This document shows positions 16,794-31,200 of a stretch of DNA of 64,000 bases, piece by piece. The stretch comes from the human T2T-CHM13v2.0 reference genome, Homo sapiens. A program made the position numbers and the translations under genes. How positions within the stretch are numbered: position 1 is the stretch's first letter; every line of letters starts with the position of its first letter. The stretch lies in assembly GCF_009914755.1 (NCBI RefSeq), contig NC_060940.1. One strand, 5' to 3'. Below the pieces are notes generated by a model. It saw only the letters and a program-made list of their open reading frames with translations, was not told the DNA's origin and searched no databases.

Positions 16794-16960
16794 CATCTAC
16801 TTCTTAAACATGTTAATCTGGAAGGACTCACACTATTTCTTCTCACATCTGTTGGCCAGAAGTTAATTGTGTTGCTACACCTAACTGTGAGGAAAGTTTG
16901 AAAATGTAGCTTAACATGCACTAAAAGGAGAAAATGGATTTTGATTAACTCATGGTGCAC
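16794..16960 (-). mobile_element. MLT1 (MaLR) fragment, probably continuing ~11080-11164
   Basis: TCACATCTGTTGGCCAGAAGTTAATTGTGTTGCTACACCTAACTGTGAGG. Confidence 0.5.
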
Positions 16961-16969
16961 TCCATCATA

Positions 16970-17165
16970 CTGGCTTCACTGAATTGAGCAAATAATTACT
17001 TTTCTTCTCTCAAGTTCTCACTTTTCTTATATATAAGATAAAGAGTTTAATACTTTCCTTATGGGGTTGCTAAGTATTAGATGTACTAATCAAGGTAAGG
17101 CTTTCACACTTTTCTTGGCACAATGTAAGGGTTCAATAAATGTTCGTTATCATTATTTATATTAT
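16970..17165 (+). mobile_element. MIR
   Basis: 3' end GGCACAATGTAAGGGTTCAATAAATGTTCGTTATCATTAT. Confidence 0.6.
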
Positions 17166-17885
17166 AATTTCAGCAGGAGCCAGAACATCTTTCCTGAGAG
17201 AAGTTAATGCTGTCTAGGTGAATACACGGTTCTCATCAGCAAAGATTCAAAATAACTCAGTACCTCAAAAGACTTCTGTTCAAAAAATGAAAACAAACAG
17301 AATTAAACCAACACACACATATACATAATACCTCTTCACAGCTAATGCTTAAAGGGAGGCTTTGGTGATCTCTTGCTCAAGTTCAGATATGAGCTTTTCT
17401 ATCACTTCTAGGATGAGAAAAAATGAATCCAAATTTGATTTTTTTGATAAAGTGGTTGTCACCAGGGCTAACTGTTCCAGCAATCACTAAGTGTGAATTG
17501 AATTACAGCCTAAATGCCTTTCCATTCAGTTTTGTGGTTTATGACTGCCACCAGCTACAGGTTTCTGGCTACTGAATGAAGAAAGAAAGACACAGCACTT
17601 ACCAGTAATCATATAACTGTAACTACAGACCATTCTGATTTATCAAAGTGTAATCTGGGTAAGTTAGAGAATATAAAATGCAAGCACATTATCCCTAGCA
17701 AGTTTTAGTAGAAGCTAATATTTGTAGGACATATTTCAGTCTGGTACAGCGTACATATTTTGGTCCTTGGAGCTCTTGTATACTTCATTTCCCCTTCCTC
17801 CTCTCTTTGATATTCTTTCTTCCTACACAATTGATTATTAGGTCTTCAAGTCATACATAGAACATCTGGAACATTCCTGAAATAG

Positions 17886-18010
17886 GGCCAAGAGTGGAGG
17901 CACATGCCTGTAATCCCAGCTACTTGACAGGCTAAGACAGGAGGATTGCTTGAGACCAGGAGTTCAGACCAGTCTGGGCAACAAGCAAGACCCCATCTAA
18001 TAAAAAAAAA
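17886..18010 (+). mobile_element. FLAM (Alu monomer)
   Basis: ~115-nt monomer ending CCCCATCTAATAAAAAAAAA. Confidence 0.85.
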
Positions 18011-18495
18011 TCCCTTATAAAGGGACATTTAGCAAATATTAGATAGATAAATAACAAAAAACCTTTAAACTGAGTGTATGATATTAACATGTAGGATTAG
18101 AATAAACACTTACAGAGCTAAAACTCTATATAAGAGCTGGGAGGTGTTTGCCTGTTTTCCCATCTGGGAAATAAAGGCTTAACTTCCCCAGTAAGATGGG
18201 GTCCAGGCAAATAAATATAACTAACAATTGAAATTTATATATATGTAAATGTATATGTATACATGTCTCACACATATCTGTATATGAGATATACATAAAT
18301 ATGACTCAATGAATCAACAGATACAGATAGATAACTGAAGAGGTTATTTAATTAACAAAGGGGCATTGACAAAGTTTAATTTTAATTAACAAAATAATTA
18401 CATTTTTAATTAAAGTAATATAAAGAAGAAAAAATATTTGATAAGAATGACTGAACCATCACTGTGGAAAGAAAACTCCATGTATTTTACTACAG

Positions 18496-18735
18496 TAATA
18501 ATAATGGATATTTACTTAATTTCTACTTTGGGTTAAGAACCTTGCTACAAACTTGGTATGTGCATCATGTTAAATACCCTCACAGAATGTATTTGAGTAT
18601 TTCATTTCATTTCGTTCACTGATAAAGACACTAAGGCTTAAAGAAGTTGGTTTGTCAAGCTTCACCCAGCTGTCAAGTGGCAGAACCAGAATTTGATTCC
18701 AGATTTTTTGAAGCTCCAAGCCTTCACTTCTCTTA
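18496..18735 (-). mobile_element. MIR
   Basis: ACTAAGGCTTAAAGAAGTT...CACCCAGCTGTCAAGTGGCAGAACCAGAATTTGA. Confidence 0.7.
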
Positions 18736-19298
18736 GCATAAAGGAATATGTGGCTTAGTTTGAAGGAAAATGTGGCTAGCATACCAGTGAATGTCTTCCG
18801 CTTTCACTTCATTTTTAAATTTTTACTGCATTTATAGATGCTAGAGAATGTGTGTGTGTGCACATGTGTATCTCTCTAGCTCTCACATAACATTAACAAT
18901 GTCCTGTATTTATCTACTCTCTCTGCCAATATTGCCATTCTGTTGGTCAACTAGTAGAGTTGTAAAGAGACTCTGCAATTCATTATGGCTCAGAAACTGA
19001 ACATTGTGAGTTCCTTTGATGCCCCTCCGCTACAGAGAGAACCACAATGCTGTGAGTTTTGAATTTCGGTGAGGTTCACACTAAACAGTGTGAAGAAGTT
19101 GTTCTTTCTCTAAATTCTCAACCTGTACACTTGATATTGCCAGGTATTCTATACTATTAGCCAGTTGACTAGATGTGACTCTCTCCCTGTCTCTCTGAAG
19201 ACATTAATAATGGTCGTTTTTATGTTTTCTCTTCCCCTTTCTTAGCTTGTTTCCTCCGAGTTCCTTCTGTCATTTTGTCCTATATCCTCCCTGTTTTT

Positions 19299-19610
19299 TG
19301 TTTCTTTGTTTGGTTGGCTTGTTTTGTTTTGAGACAGAGTTTTGCTCTTTTTGCCCAGGCTGGAGTGCAATGGCACATTTTGGCTCCGTGCAACCTCTGC
19401 CTCCTGGGTTCAAGTGATTCTCCTGCCTCAGCCTCCCAAGTAGCTGGGATTACAGGTACGCCACTATGCCTGGCTAATTTTGTATTTTTAGTAGAGATGG
19501 GGTTTCATCATGTTGGCCAGGCTGGTTTCAAACTCCTGACCTCAGGTGATCCGCCCACCTCGGCCTCCCAAAGTGCTGGGATTACAGGCGTGAGCCACCA
19601 AGCCCGGCTG
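19299..19610 (-). mobile_element. AluSq/Sp-like
   Basis: Dimer; TSD TCCCTGTTTTT at 19288-19298 and 19611-19621. Confidence 0.95.
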
Positions 19611-19839
19611 TCCCTGTTTTTATATTTTACTTATTCTAGCTTACGTTACTCATGTTAATTTTTACAATTATCTGGTAATTGCTGACTTTTTCTCACTTTA
19701 ACAGTAGAGCCATAAAAACCTGATGAAAAGAGACTTCTTATAATGTGAGCCAGACGGTAGAGTGATCTAGCTGATCCATTTCACCAGGAAACCTCTGACA
19801 TTACTAGTTTTATTTATTTATTTTTAACCTAGACTGGGT

Positions 19840-19949
19840 ATCTACTGTTTGTTACATCCAGTCTTCACAAAAATGGTACAAGGAAAGTTAGATTTTTCTA
19901 TACTTTTAGATAAATGACTGAGGATTCAGGACATTTATATACTTTGTTC
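19840..19949 (+). repeat. 110-bp dispersed direct repeat, copy 1
   Basis: ~93% identical to 20458-20566. Confidence 0.95.
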
Positions 19950-20457
19950 CTGAGCAGACACTTCCAGTGTTCAACTTGATGAAGACTTTTTGCATGTATC
20001 CTGAGAGATACTGGGGAAAGGTTGGAGAGAGTCTTAATGTTCAAAATGCAATCTTTCACTTAACTCCTCCCTCCATTAGTAGTAAACCAATTCTTTCTTT
20101 TCTTTTCTCTTTGTCCTTGTGATTGTGCCTTTTGGTGTTGTCTTCTCTACTTACATTATAAAAATTTTTGAGGAAGAACTTCATGCTGTGTTGAATCAAC
20201 CAACTCTAAACAAAAATCCATCATGATTTTAATTTACATGTCTTTGATTACCAATGAAGCCATATATGTGCAGACATGTTCTGTTAAATTCGTATTCATG
20301 TATTTGCACATTTAAAAGATCAGCTGTTTTTTATATATCTTTAGAAATTCTTTGTGTATTTTAGTACTAATCTTTTGTTACATATGCTGCAAAAAGGTAC
20401 TCTTCACTTCATATGAGAGAATGTACTGAATAATTACAGAGTCTAATAAATAACAGC

Positions 20458-20566
20458 ATCTACTGTTTGTAACATCCAGTCTTCACAAAAATGATACAAT
20501 GAAAGTTGGATTTTCTATACTTTTAGTTAAACAACTGAGGATTCAGGACATTTATATACTTTGTTC
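20458..20566 (+). repeat. Dispersed direct repeat, copy 2 (inside a probable MIR at ~20444-20640)
   Basis: ATCTACTGTTTGT...CTGAGGATTCAGGACATTTATATACTTTGTTC shared with copy 1. Confidence 0.95.
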
Positions 20567-20791
20567 ATATTCCTCCAATTTGTTAGATTGACTGGAGTGT
20601 AAGCCCAAATCTGAAACCACTCTATTTCAACTACTATTCTGACATTTGTTATCCTCAGAGAGAGCAAAGTTCTAGGCCATATCTATTTGGGAATGGTCTT
20701 TGGATTACAAAAATGCAATAGAACATATCTATTCTAAATAAAATGAAAGAAAACTCTACAATTAAATTTTAGAATATATGTTATAGTTTTC

Positions 20792-20820
20792 GTGTGTGTG
20801 TGTGTGTGTGTGCATGTGTG
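20792..20820. repeat. (GT)n microsatellite
   Basis: Direct reading. Confidence 0.9.
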
Positions 20821-21904
20821 CTTTAGAAACAAGGCTGATAAGTCTTATTTTGTTCAACTAGGACTTATCTGCTACTAAAATTCAAGTCTACCAATTGGAA
20901 ACTTTGTTTTGAAAGGTAAGGAAGAGAAGGAAGAAGATATAAAACTGTGCTTCACAGATTCCCCTTATTATATGGTTTTATTCTCTCACAGACTCTCCTA
21001 GTATTTCCTGACTATTATTCTAATATTATATCAATTATTTGAAACAAGTCTTGGAAATCAAACTAGGAAATAAGACACTTAATTTTTTCATGTTTTATAT
21101 GTGTTAGATTAATGGGCAGAAGTAATCTACTGTAAAGTATGGAGAATACTATATGGAGTACAATTTCTCAATAAACTAAAATGCATAACCTTTTTATTTA
21201 AAAATGTTTTCTTTATGGCATAGTATAAGAAATATGGATGAGAATTGATGACAGAAAATGCTTTTGGTGTTTTCTTTGAGATCACAAAAACGTTCCCAGG
21301 TTGTATGTGGCATGAAAGAAGTCAGACCAGAATCTGTATTCCCAGGGCACTTCAGTGGCCTTTCAAAAATGTTTTCCATGGAGAGGAGACCAGAATCATA
21401 ACTAAGATCTAAGACTGGAGATGAAAGGGTAATTACCCACTGAGGAATGTACCACATGTTATTGCTGAAAAGCGGAAGGACTCCTGAGAACTCTGCTCTT
21501 GATCATCTTGCCCTGTTGGAAAGTGGCATACATTGTATTTGGAGAACATATGATATTGAGCCAGAATTAATTCATTTCCCAACTTTTCCTCTTTAGAGTT
21601 TTAATGGCTTGGGGCCAAGTCGATCAATTTCTTTTAGTCTCAATTTTCTTCACCTGTAAAAGTAAGGAGGGAAATCTCTGCCATGCATTGTCACTTTAAG
21701 AATGAAATTATACAATTACCAGAAAGTGCTTTGTAAGCAATAAAACATTGTACCAATGAGGTTATCATTAGTAGTTTGATTAGCTGATCACTGTTGCTAA
21801 TCATGATACATCAAACAAACTTTGCTATAATGGCTTAAATACCACCTACATGACTCAATAATTCTGTACAGTGGATGAAAATCATGGCTTCGCTTGTGGA
21901 TTAG

Positions 21905-22150
21905 GGAGGCAGTAGTGCTAGAGTGAAAATCAGAGTGTGCGTCCAGCAGACTGGGGTTCCCCTCTCACTCCTTTACTTACTGGCTGTGTGTCCTTGGGCA
22001 AATTTCAGAACCTCTCTGATTTCTGATTTCCTTATCTAAAAATTGCAGGTTCTCATTTCTACCTCTAAGTGTTGCAATAATCACATAATATTTTTAACAC
22101 CAATCATTTTACAAATTCCTGGACCTTAGTAGAAGCCCAGTAATTATTAC
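21905..22150 (+). mobile_element. MIR
   Basis: ACTTACTGGCTGTGTGTCCTTGGGCAAATTTCAGAACCTCTCTG core. Confidence 0.75.
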
Positions 22151-22929
22151 TCCTGTACTTCTCAGATTCATTTTATTCTACAAATAGTTTGGATGTTCAA
22201 ATAACATTTTTGAGTAATTCCTATGTGTCTGTTGGATGAAGAATCAAGTTTAGGCAGACAGCAGAGTTTGCAGAGAGAAGGGTAGTCTGCTGCCTAACTG
22301 AGAATGACAACTCCTAAATCTGGCCATATGTGAAAATAATAGTCTAAATGCTACATGTATAATGCTTAACACTTACTTCTTCAAGAATTGGTGAGACTTC
22401 AGCTTCTCTCCTGAAAAGATCCTTTCTATCTGGGTCTTTGCTATCTTTATTTAGTCAAGAATAATTGTCTTCTTTGCCCCAATCATACTTGCCCCCACAA
22501 TATTTTTCAGACAGATGGGCGGCTTGATTTGTAGTAAGAACTTAATAAATGTTGCTAATGAATAAAGACATTATTGCATCTACAATTGGCTAATTGGTTA
22601 TGTTCTCATGTTTTCAGATTCATTGCTGTTGCTGCTGATGATGAAATAACATTAGTAACAACTACCTTCTATTTAGTAAATATGATGTTCCATGCATTAT
22701 GCTAAGACATGATTTTTCGTCAAATCTTGAAAACAATTTTATACATGAAACAGAAGAAGGCACTTCTTTAAAGTCACACCTAATATTTTACAGAAGGACG
22801 GAAATAAGGTAGGGGAGGGAGAGATATATTGTGTTTAATTACCAGCCTATATTAAAATATCTGGTTTGCTTTATTCAAAATTCTATATTGATGTAGTGTT
22901 ATCTCAGGTTATGACTTATTTTTGCTCAT

Positions 22930-23310
22930 TGTATTAGTCCATTCTCACACTGTTACGAAGAAATAACCTGAGACTGGGTAATTTATAAAGGAAGGAGGTT
23001 TAATTGACTCACAGTTCTCCACAGCTGGGGAAGCCTCAGGAAACTTACAATCATGATGGAAAGCAAAGGAGAAGCAGCCACCTTCTTCACAGGGGGTCAG
23101 GGTGGAGGGAGTGCAAACAGAGGAAATGCCAGATAGTTTTATAAAACCATCAGATCTTGTGAGAACTCATTCACTATCACAAGAACAGCCGAGGAAAATC
23201 ACTCCCATGAGCCAATTAACTCCACCTGGTCCCATCCTTGACACCTGGGGATTATGGAGATTACAATTCAAGGTGAGATTTGCATGGGAACAAAGAGTCA
23301 AACTGTATCA
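22930..23310 (-). mobile_element. THE1 (C/D) MaLR solo LTR
   Basis: TGTATTAGTCCATTCTCACACTG...CCTGAGACTGGGTAATTTATAAAG...AAACTGTATCA; no clean TSD seen. Confidence 0.9.
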
Positions 23311-23529
23311 CCTGCCTTCTCAATTGTTTTCTGATGTTTTTAATATACAAATAATCACCTATATTCAGCTCTATATTTTTATTCAAGTCATTCTTGTAAT
23401 TCTGTGGTATGTAGCTTTGTATTTACTTTATAAACCTCCTATCAGTAAGACTGGGCTCAAACACATTCTTTCCATTCTGGAAAAAGATTTGCCATATTCT
23501 TTCCCAAAAGTGTTTTTGTCAAGAATCTG

Positions 23530-23863
<334 letters not shown>

Positions 23864-24725
23864 TCACATTGATTGACTTTTTTTGCTTCCCCAACTGGTA
23901 GTTTTTTTCTTCTAAAATCTGAAATATTGGCAGAAAAAAAGTTATATTCTTCAACTAATCAATTTCCTTCTCATGGCATAAGTGATGGCAGTTTGTTTTC
24001 TCTTGTTGAACTTATTTACTGCCATAGGAATCTGTAGATTAGATACGTGTTGGTGGACTTTTCATCATGTCCTGAATGACTGTTTCAGAAAGAAAGCAAG
24101 CATGCCTTCTCTCTCATGTTCTTCCTTCTATTTAGTCACTATTTCATTTCCTTGCTTTTTATTTTAATAAGGATACCTAAGAATTTAGCGCAGTATCTGG
24201 TGCATAGTTACCACTTATTATAAATCATAATTTTGATATTAATAGTTTTAATTTCATTTTTATTATTTGAGTTGATTGTTGCATGGCTTCAAAGGTGCAT
24301 AGCTTTGCATAATCGTTTAAGTGTTTGCTTAAAATATTTGTCCTTAACTAATATAGTCCACTCAGAGTTAACGTGCTGTCATATTAAATGGAAACGACAT
24401 TGTAACAGTCTAGTTCTATTTGTTCCCATGCTTTGTGCTGTGATATTCATATACAGTATTCTAACATTTTATAAACCTCATACTATGGTGGGGTTTATAT
24501 TTCTTATAGTAATTAGCAGGCAGATATCTCATATAGTAATTAAGAAAAGGTAGCACATATTATCTTTTACATTTACACACTTATTTACCTTTCCTGGTAT
24601 TCTTTACATATTTTTTTCATTACATCCAAGTTTCTAGTGGTGTCATTTCCCTTCAGCCAGAAAATTGTTCTTTAGTGTTTCTTGTAGTGCAAGGCTGTTG
24701 GTGATGAATTCTCTACTTATAGTAA

Positions 24726-25157
<432 letters not shown>

Positions 25158-25339
25158 TATAGCTTCTGTATAATTTCTGATGAGAAGTCAGTCATATTTC
25201 ATATCTTTATTTGCATGTACGTAATGTGATTTTACTTCTGTCATGGCTTTCAAGATCTTCCCTTTATCTTTGATTTTCAACTCTTCGGTGTATCCACACA
25301 TGATTCTTTTTGTATTCATTGCATGTGGAGCTTGATTAA

Positions 25340-25476
25340 TTTTTTGTTTTTTTATTTAGAGATGGGGTCTCACTATATTGTCCATGCTTGACTCAAACTC
25401 CTGGACTCCAGGGGATCCTCCTGCCTGAGCCTCCTGAGTATCTGTGACTGAAGGTGCATGCCGCTACACCCTGCTT
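25340..25476 (-). mobile_element. FLAM
   Basis: GAGATGGGGTCTCACTATATTGTCCA...CCTCCTGAGTA monomer. Confidence 0.8.
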
Positions 25477-25508
25477 GAGTTTTGTGCTTTTTAAAATTAG
25501 CATCCTGG

Positions 25509-25572
25509 GGTCAGGGGTGGTGGCTCATACATGTAATCCCAGCACTTTGGGAGGCTGAGGTGGGCAAACCAC
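25509..25572 (+). mobile_element. Alu 5' stump (first ~64 nt only)
   Basis: GGTGGCTCATACATGTAATCCCAGCACTTTGGGAGGCTGAGGTGGGC, then an abrupt end. Confidence 0.85.
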
Positions 25573-25915
25573 GTGACTCCTTCTAGAAATTATTTAACAA
25601 GGCTGGACTCCAAATCCAAACAGTTCCCTGTCTGAGGTGGGCAGCAGTGAAATATCTGAGGCTCCACCCCGTCTTTGCCCTAAGTCTCCCAGGTGCTTCT
25701 TTTGCCAAAAAAAAAAAAAAAAAAAAAAAGCATCTTCTGTGCTTACTACGCCTAGTTTCAGCACTTTGCCAGGGATTTGCATAGAGCTTTTAAGTAAAAG
25801 CTGAAGATCCTCCTCTGTAGTCCCCTCCATTCTATGATTTTCCTCTCATACTCCATACACTCTGGCAGCTTCAAATTTCATACTTTCACTTCTCAAGACA
25901 AGAAGACTACAGATA

Positions 25916-26258
<343 letters not shown>

Positions 26259-28254
26259 CTACACAGTCCTGGGTAGACTGGAAAGTATATTCAGGCCATA
26301 GAAACATGAAATTTACTAAGGGCAGTTGTCTTTTTTCCTCCAGTTTCTGACTACTTTTTCTTTTTTCCAGTGCGTTTGTATAATTACTGTGTTTTTAAAC
26401 AGAGGGTCAAGATTTTATATTAATTATCAGCTGATTAATCTAATACATGCTACTCTGCCAATGTTAAAAGAGGAACTCTGTCTATTACAACTTTTATTTT
26501 CATTTTTCTAGTTAAAGCAATTTCTAATGAAGGATTGCTGCCACTAATTTTCTCTTTTCTTTTTTTCTGTTGTTTTCTGGTACAGTGGTATTATGGCTAC
26601 AGACTGGCAGAGCTAGAAGTTCCTGGCTAATTAAGTTAAGAATATAGAATCTTAATAGACACAAGCTGGATACATAGAGAAATAGCAGTTGCAATATATT
26701 ACACATGGCCTTTCTAGTCGGTTTCTAATGGGGTTCTTAGTTTTTGGTGACACTACCTGGGCAGAGTAAATTCCTACCTCTGATGTGAAATATGAGTCTA
26801 CTGATACTAGGAGGTAGCAATTCTACATTTTCCTTAGAAATCTGAATCTTGTTCTTTTGCTGTTCTTTTCTGCTTCTGACACGAATCATCCAGGAAAAAC
26901 AGTTATCAACAATCTTAATATTGGTTGAAATAACTAAACTCTCATGGCCCTGAAGCCAAACTCGTCATTTAATGATGCCTCATCTTCATGTAGAGTCAGC
27001 ACACACTCACCTGCATCACCTTCTTTGCTTTTCGTTTTTTAGCATCTTGGAAAAAGGACTTCTCCATAGCTAGACATGGATACTCAATAATTTTACACAT
27101 TTGACAGTCTGAGAAGGAAATGTATACAAGTGTTTCAAAAGTTAGGCTTTAATATTTCATTGAAATATACTTTACTACTTGCAAACAACAAACAATCCCT
27201 TGGCCTATGAATATTAACTTTTATTTAACTAGATATTTATTTAAATGGAATTATTTTGGGAAAATCAAAGAGTGACAGTGCAAGAGCATTATTTATTAAA
27301 GCCATAGGACTTGTGTTGAAATTCTACTTCAAAAAATGATAGCCAGGCGATCAATCCTGTTTTGGTACTCTTTCATTGTGAATCTTTCATTGAATCCATG
27401 AAGATTTAAATTCTTTTTGGATCGAAGAGGATGCAAAGATAATAAACCTATATATTTTACTAAATAATGCCCTTAAACAAAACAAAACCCTCCTATTATT
27501 TCTCACACAAGTTATGTTTTAGCTCCAATCTACTCAGAGATTAAACCCATGTTCATCATTATTATCCTATCATTATCACAACAATCAAATGCTTAAAATA
27601 AATGTATTACTTCTGAGAGCCATCTGTCAAAGTTTTGCTATGAACATAGCTGAGAGATAGAATTGGGAAGCCTGATACTGCATGTACTATGGACTGCTTC
27701 ATCTCTAGTTTATTCCTAGGGCACCACAGGCCATTTTTCAAGCAAGCAATAATCTACGTGACTGGATCTTTGATCAAAAGATTCTGTCAGACAGGATGAC
27801 TATTGCAGGTAGCAGGAAATAACTAAAGTGAACACAAACAGCCATTCTCCTTGGCCCATTTAATCTTTCTTAAACTCAGACAAATCTTCATTGTAATCCA
27901 TTTCTAAATGATGTCTCCTATCATGATAGTAGGTAATGTGAAGGTATGGAAGCATGAAACAACAGATGCAACTGGAGAAATGCAAGGGGCTGGGGCTAGT
28001 GAAGGGCATCTGAGGTGCAGTGGAGGAAGATGAGTTTGGAAAGGTCACCAAAAGCCATGTAATGAAGGTCTTCAGTGATCAATGTTCTGGGGAGATGGCC
28101 ATTTAAGAATTTTGGCAGGGCAGTGACATGATTGGATGTGCATTTTAAAAAGGTTAGCCTAACAGGCTTCTCAACCCAGAGCACTGTTGTTCAGAGTTTG
28201 GAAGTGTGTGTGTGTTTGCATGTGTGTGTATGTGTTTGGAAGGCATTTTATACA

Positions 28255-28965
28255 TAAACTTTTTTATTTTGGAATAATTTCAGATCTCAAAAAAAACCCC
28301 TAAACTATAATGCTAGTAGAGACAGTTCCATATATTACTCACTCAATTTCCCTATTGTTAAACATCCTACATTACTATAGCACATTTTTCAAAACTAACA
28401 TTATTGGTTCATTACTAAATTCCAGACATTAATTGAATGCCACCAGTTTTTCCACTAATGTCACCTTTTTGTTTCCAGGATCAAATTAGGATGTCACTTG
28501 CATTAAATGGCCATGTCTCTTTAGTGCCCTCTCGTCTGTGAGGTTACTCAGTTTTTTCGTTATTTGTGACCTTGACAGTTTGGGGAGTGCTGATCAGAAA
28601 TTTTATAGATTGTTCCTCAATTTGGGTTTTTCTAAGATTTCTCTCATAGTTAGACCAAGTTTATGGCTTTTTTGAAAGAATATCACAGATGCAAAGTGCC
28701 CTTCTTGTCACATCCTATCTAGGGCTCCATTATGTTTTCATGACACCATTGGGGATGTTAAACTTCATCACATGTTTAAGATGGCGTTTGTAGGTCCCTC
28801 TGTGGAAACATTACTATTTTTTTAATTTCCCTACTCTTAATTGGAAGTCCGTCATACATCCAGCCCACCATTGGGTGGGGAGGGATAAAGCTTCTCCTCC
28901 TAAATAAGGAGTATCGACACCTACTATTTGGAATTCTTCTGTAAGGAAACTTTGTCTCTTTTCTT
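28255..28965 (-). mobile_element. L1MC/L1MD 3' end, inserted in a hAT-Charlie (MER20/MER3-like) element
   Basis: TTTTATTTTGGAATAATTTCAGAT...GTGACCTTGACAGTTTGGGGAGTGCTGATCAG; flanks 28162-28250 and 28966-29120 are hAT-like (TTCTCAACC...TTGAGAAAC). Confidence 0.75.
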
Positions 28966-29145
28966 AGGAAGTGTTTGTTTTGTTATCAAAATGACTAGAA
29001 ATACTACTAATTACTTGGTAGGATTCAAGGAAGCTAAGGGTCCTGAAATTTGTGGATTGGTCCTGCAGAGTGAACAATTACATGTCCCCAAACATCAGTA
29101 GCCCATCCTTTGAGAAACAGCCAATTTTCTCAGTGTAGGTAATGT

Positions 29146-29373
29146 CGTGCATTCTCAGCATGGATGATGTCACCTCCAAGGGTGTGAAAATTGGTTATTG
29201 GGAAAGGAAAAATCTTAATCTTGCTATGCATAAAGCATAGATATGTAAACAGTAAGTAAATAGATACATAAAATGCCTGCAGTATTAAAATTTCATGAGA
29301 GACAATTAGAGAAAAATGTCTAAAAGCTATTCTTAGGAAGTTGATAGTGAAAAAACAATTATTGAGAAACATT
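29146..29373 (-). mobile_element. MER112-like hAT-Charlie
   Basis: TGCATTCTCAGC...GTGAAAATTGGTT...GTATTAAAATTTCATG...AAAAATGTCTAAAA...TTGAGAAACATTG. Confidence 0.7.
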
Positions 29374-30759
29374 GGTCTGGCAGAAGAGTGGTGAATGTGT
29401 TGAACTTCAGAAGAGAAGAGACTGGGCAAGGAGAGGCAAGGGTATCAATGTGGAGGTTAATTCAGCTGATGCCCAGATCAGGTATATCATGTAATTAAAT
29501 GAAAATGCTGCTTCTTTTCGTTTAGAATTGGCTTGTATGTGATTTTTCAGTTATTGTCTTTTTGTTGGTGGAGTTAGTAATCACTGAAAACAAGGCATAA
29601 AGTTTCTCAATAACTATTGTAGGGAAAAATAACACATAATATTTATTTAATCATGTTTTCCAAAGTCAATAATATTTTTGAAATGTACTGCTTCTGTATA
29701 ACAGCATTCCTCATACTTCACAATGGTTTTATGTTGTAACTTCTCCCTAGCTTCACAGACATTTTCTGGATAGGTAAAGTTCCTGGGTTATTGGAAAACA
29801 AAGGAGTCAGCACTGTGCATTCTGTGATTCTATGTACAGAAAACCTAGAGATATGGCTGTATGATTTCGTGTGTTTTTGTTTAAAAGGAAAATCTGAGGT
29901 TAAGCAATAAAATTTATTTTTTAGAAAGAGTGGAAGAGAATAAAAATCAAGTAGATATTTATCTTCTTTTGATTTAATCTTGAGAAAATATATGCTTAGA
30001 GAAAATTTGAAAAATAAAGAAAAAATATATATAACATATAATTTTATTACACTTTTAGTACATTGCTATCCAATGTTTTTCCATAAGTATAAATATATAT
30101 ACTTTTTCTTTTTAATGAACTTTATTTTTTAATAACTCCACAATATTCCAACATCGAAGGTATGTATATATGCATTTTCTATCAAATTTTCTCTTTCTTT
30201 CTATTCATTATTCAATTTCTTTAAATTCAAATAGCCTCTACTTAATATCACTTGCCTACTTTTATGAGCAGCTCTATCATTCTTCCTTTTCCGACTTCAT
30301 GACCTTTAGCTATGCGAATTATCTAAGGCTGCCCTTTAAGCACCATTCTTCCACGGACAAAGCATAGAGGGAAGTTAAAAAAAAATCCCCAAGTCTTATT
30401 TAGCACAATGCAAAACTTTGAATGATTATGGAAATGAGTAGTTATATTTAATGCATCTCAGAGTCAGATGTGTGTATACGTTATAATGACACCAAAATAG
30501 AGGTCTTAAATGAGTTCAAGGACCCCAGTCAGGATTTGTGACTTCCCAGGGTACTGAAATAAGTAGGAAATTACATTGCCAAACCACTGATCTTTGAAGA
30601 ATAATAGGGAGTGGGAGAGCAATAGGAAGACTGAAGACAGAAAAGTGATATCATGATCTTCAAAAAGATGAGGAAGTTATATTTCTTAAATAGTGAGTTG
30701 TGAGCATGACTTTAATACCCAATGAAGTTGACATTTTTGTTATATTTGGTTGCTTAACT

Positions 30760-31200
30760 TCCATTCCTACTTCCTAAGGCTATTACACATTTTCTTTGAA
30801 GTCTCTCCTCTTTCTGAATCTCAGGTCATAGGATTTGGCAGTCATGGTGGTGGCCATGGGGAGATTAACCCCATCCTCTGCCCTGTTGTGAGCTCTGAGG
30901 GACTTAAGCCAACCAGCATATTTTACTTCCCTAGTCCTAGTGATTTTTTGATGTGCAGGTATTAATACAATTGACCCACAACAGATAGGGCCAGAGCTTC
31001 TTTTAATCACTGGGAGGGAGTGGCTCCTCTCTCCAGGAGGGCTAAAGACCTGAGGAATATGAGATCTGGAAGTGGTGAAGGCCTCATGGGGCCTGCAGAA
31101 GAGAACATGATAAGTAACAAAGCCAACAAAAAGGATGGAATAGATGGTAGAGAATTGCATCCTTGTGCCCTCACTGGAGCCTCTTAATCTGACCAGGGCT
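30760..31200 (+). mobile_element. Old MaLR LTR (MLT1K/L-like)
   Basis: Degenerate MLT1-like motifs (CTTAAGCCAACCAGCATA; GGAGCCTCTTAATCTGACC). Confidence 0.4.

Noticed and set aside
17596-17666. Strong splice-donor-like motifs on both strands (also at ~888, ~20916 and ~43010)
   Set aside because: No convincing paired acceptor or reading frame; such motifs are frequent by chance and some are in L2 ends.
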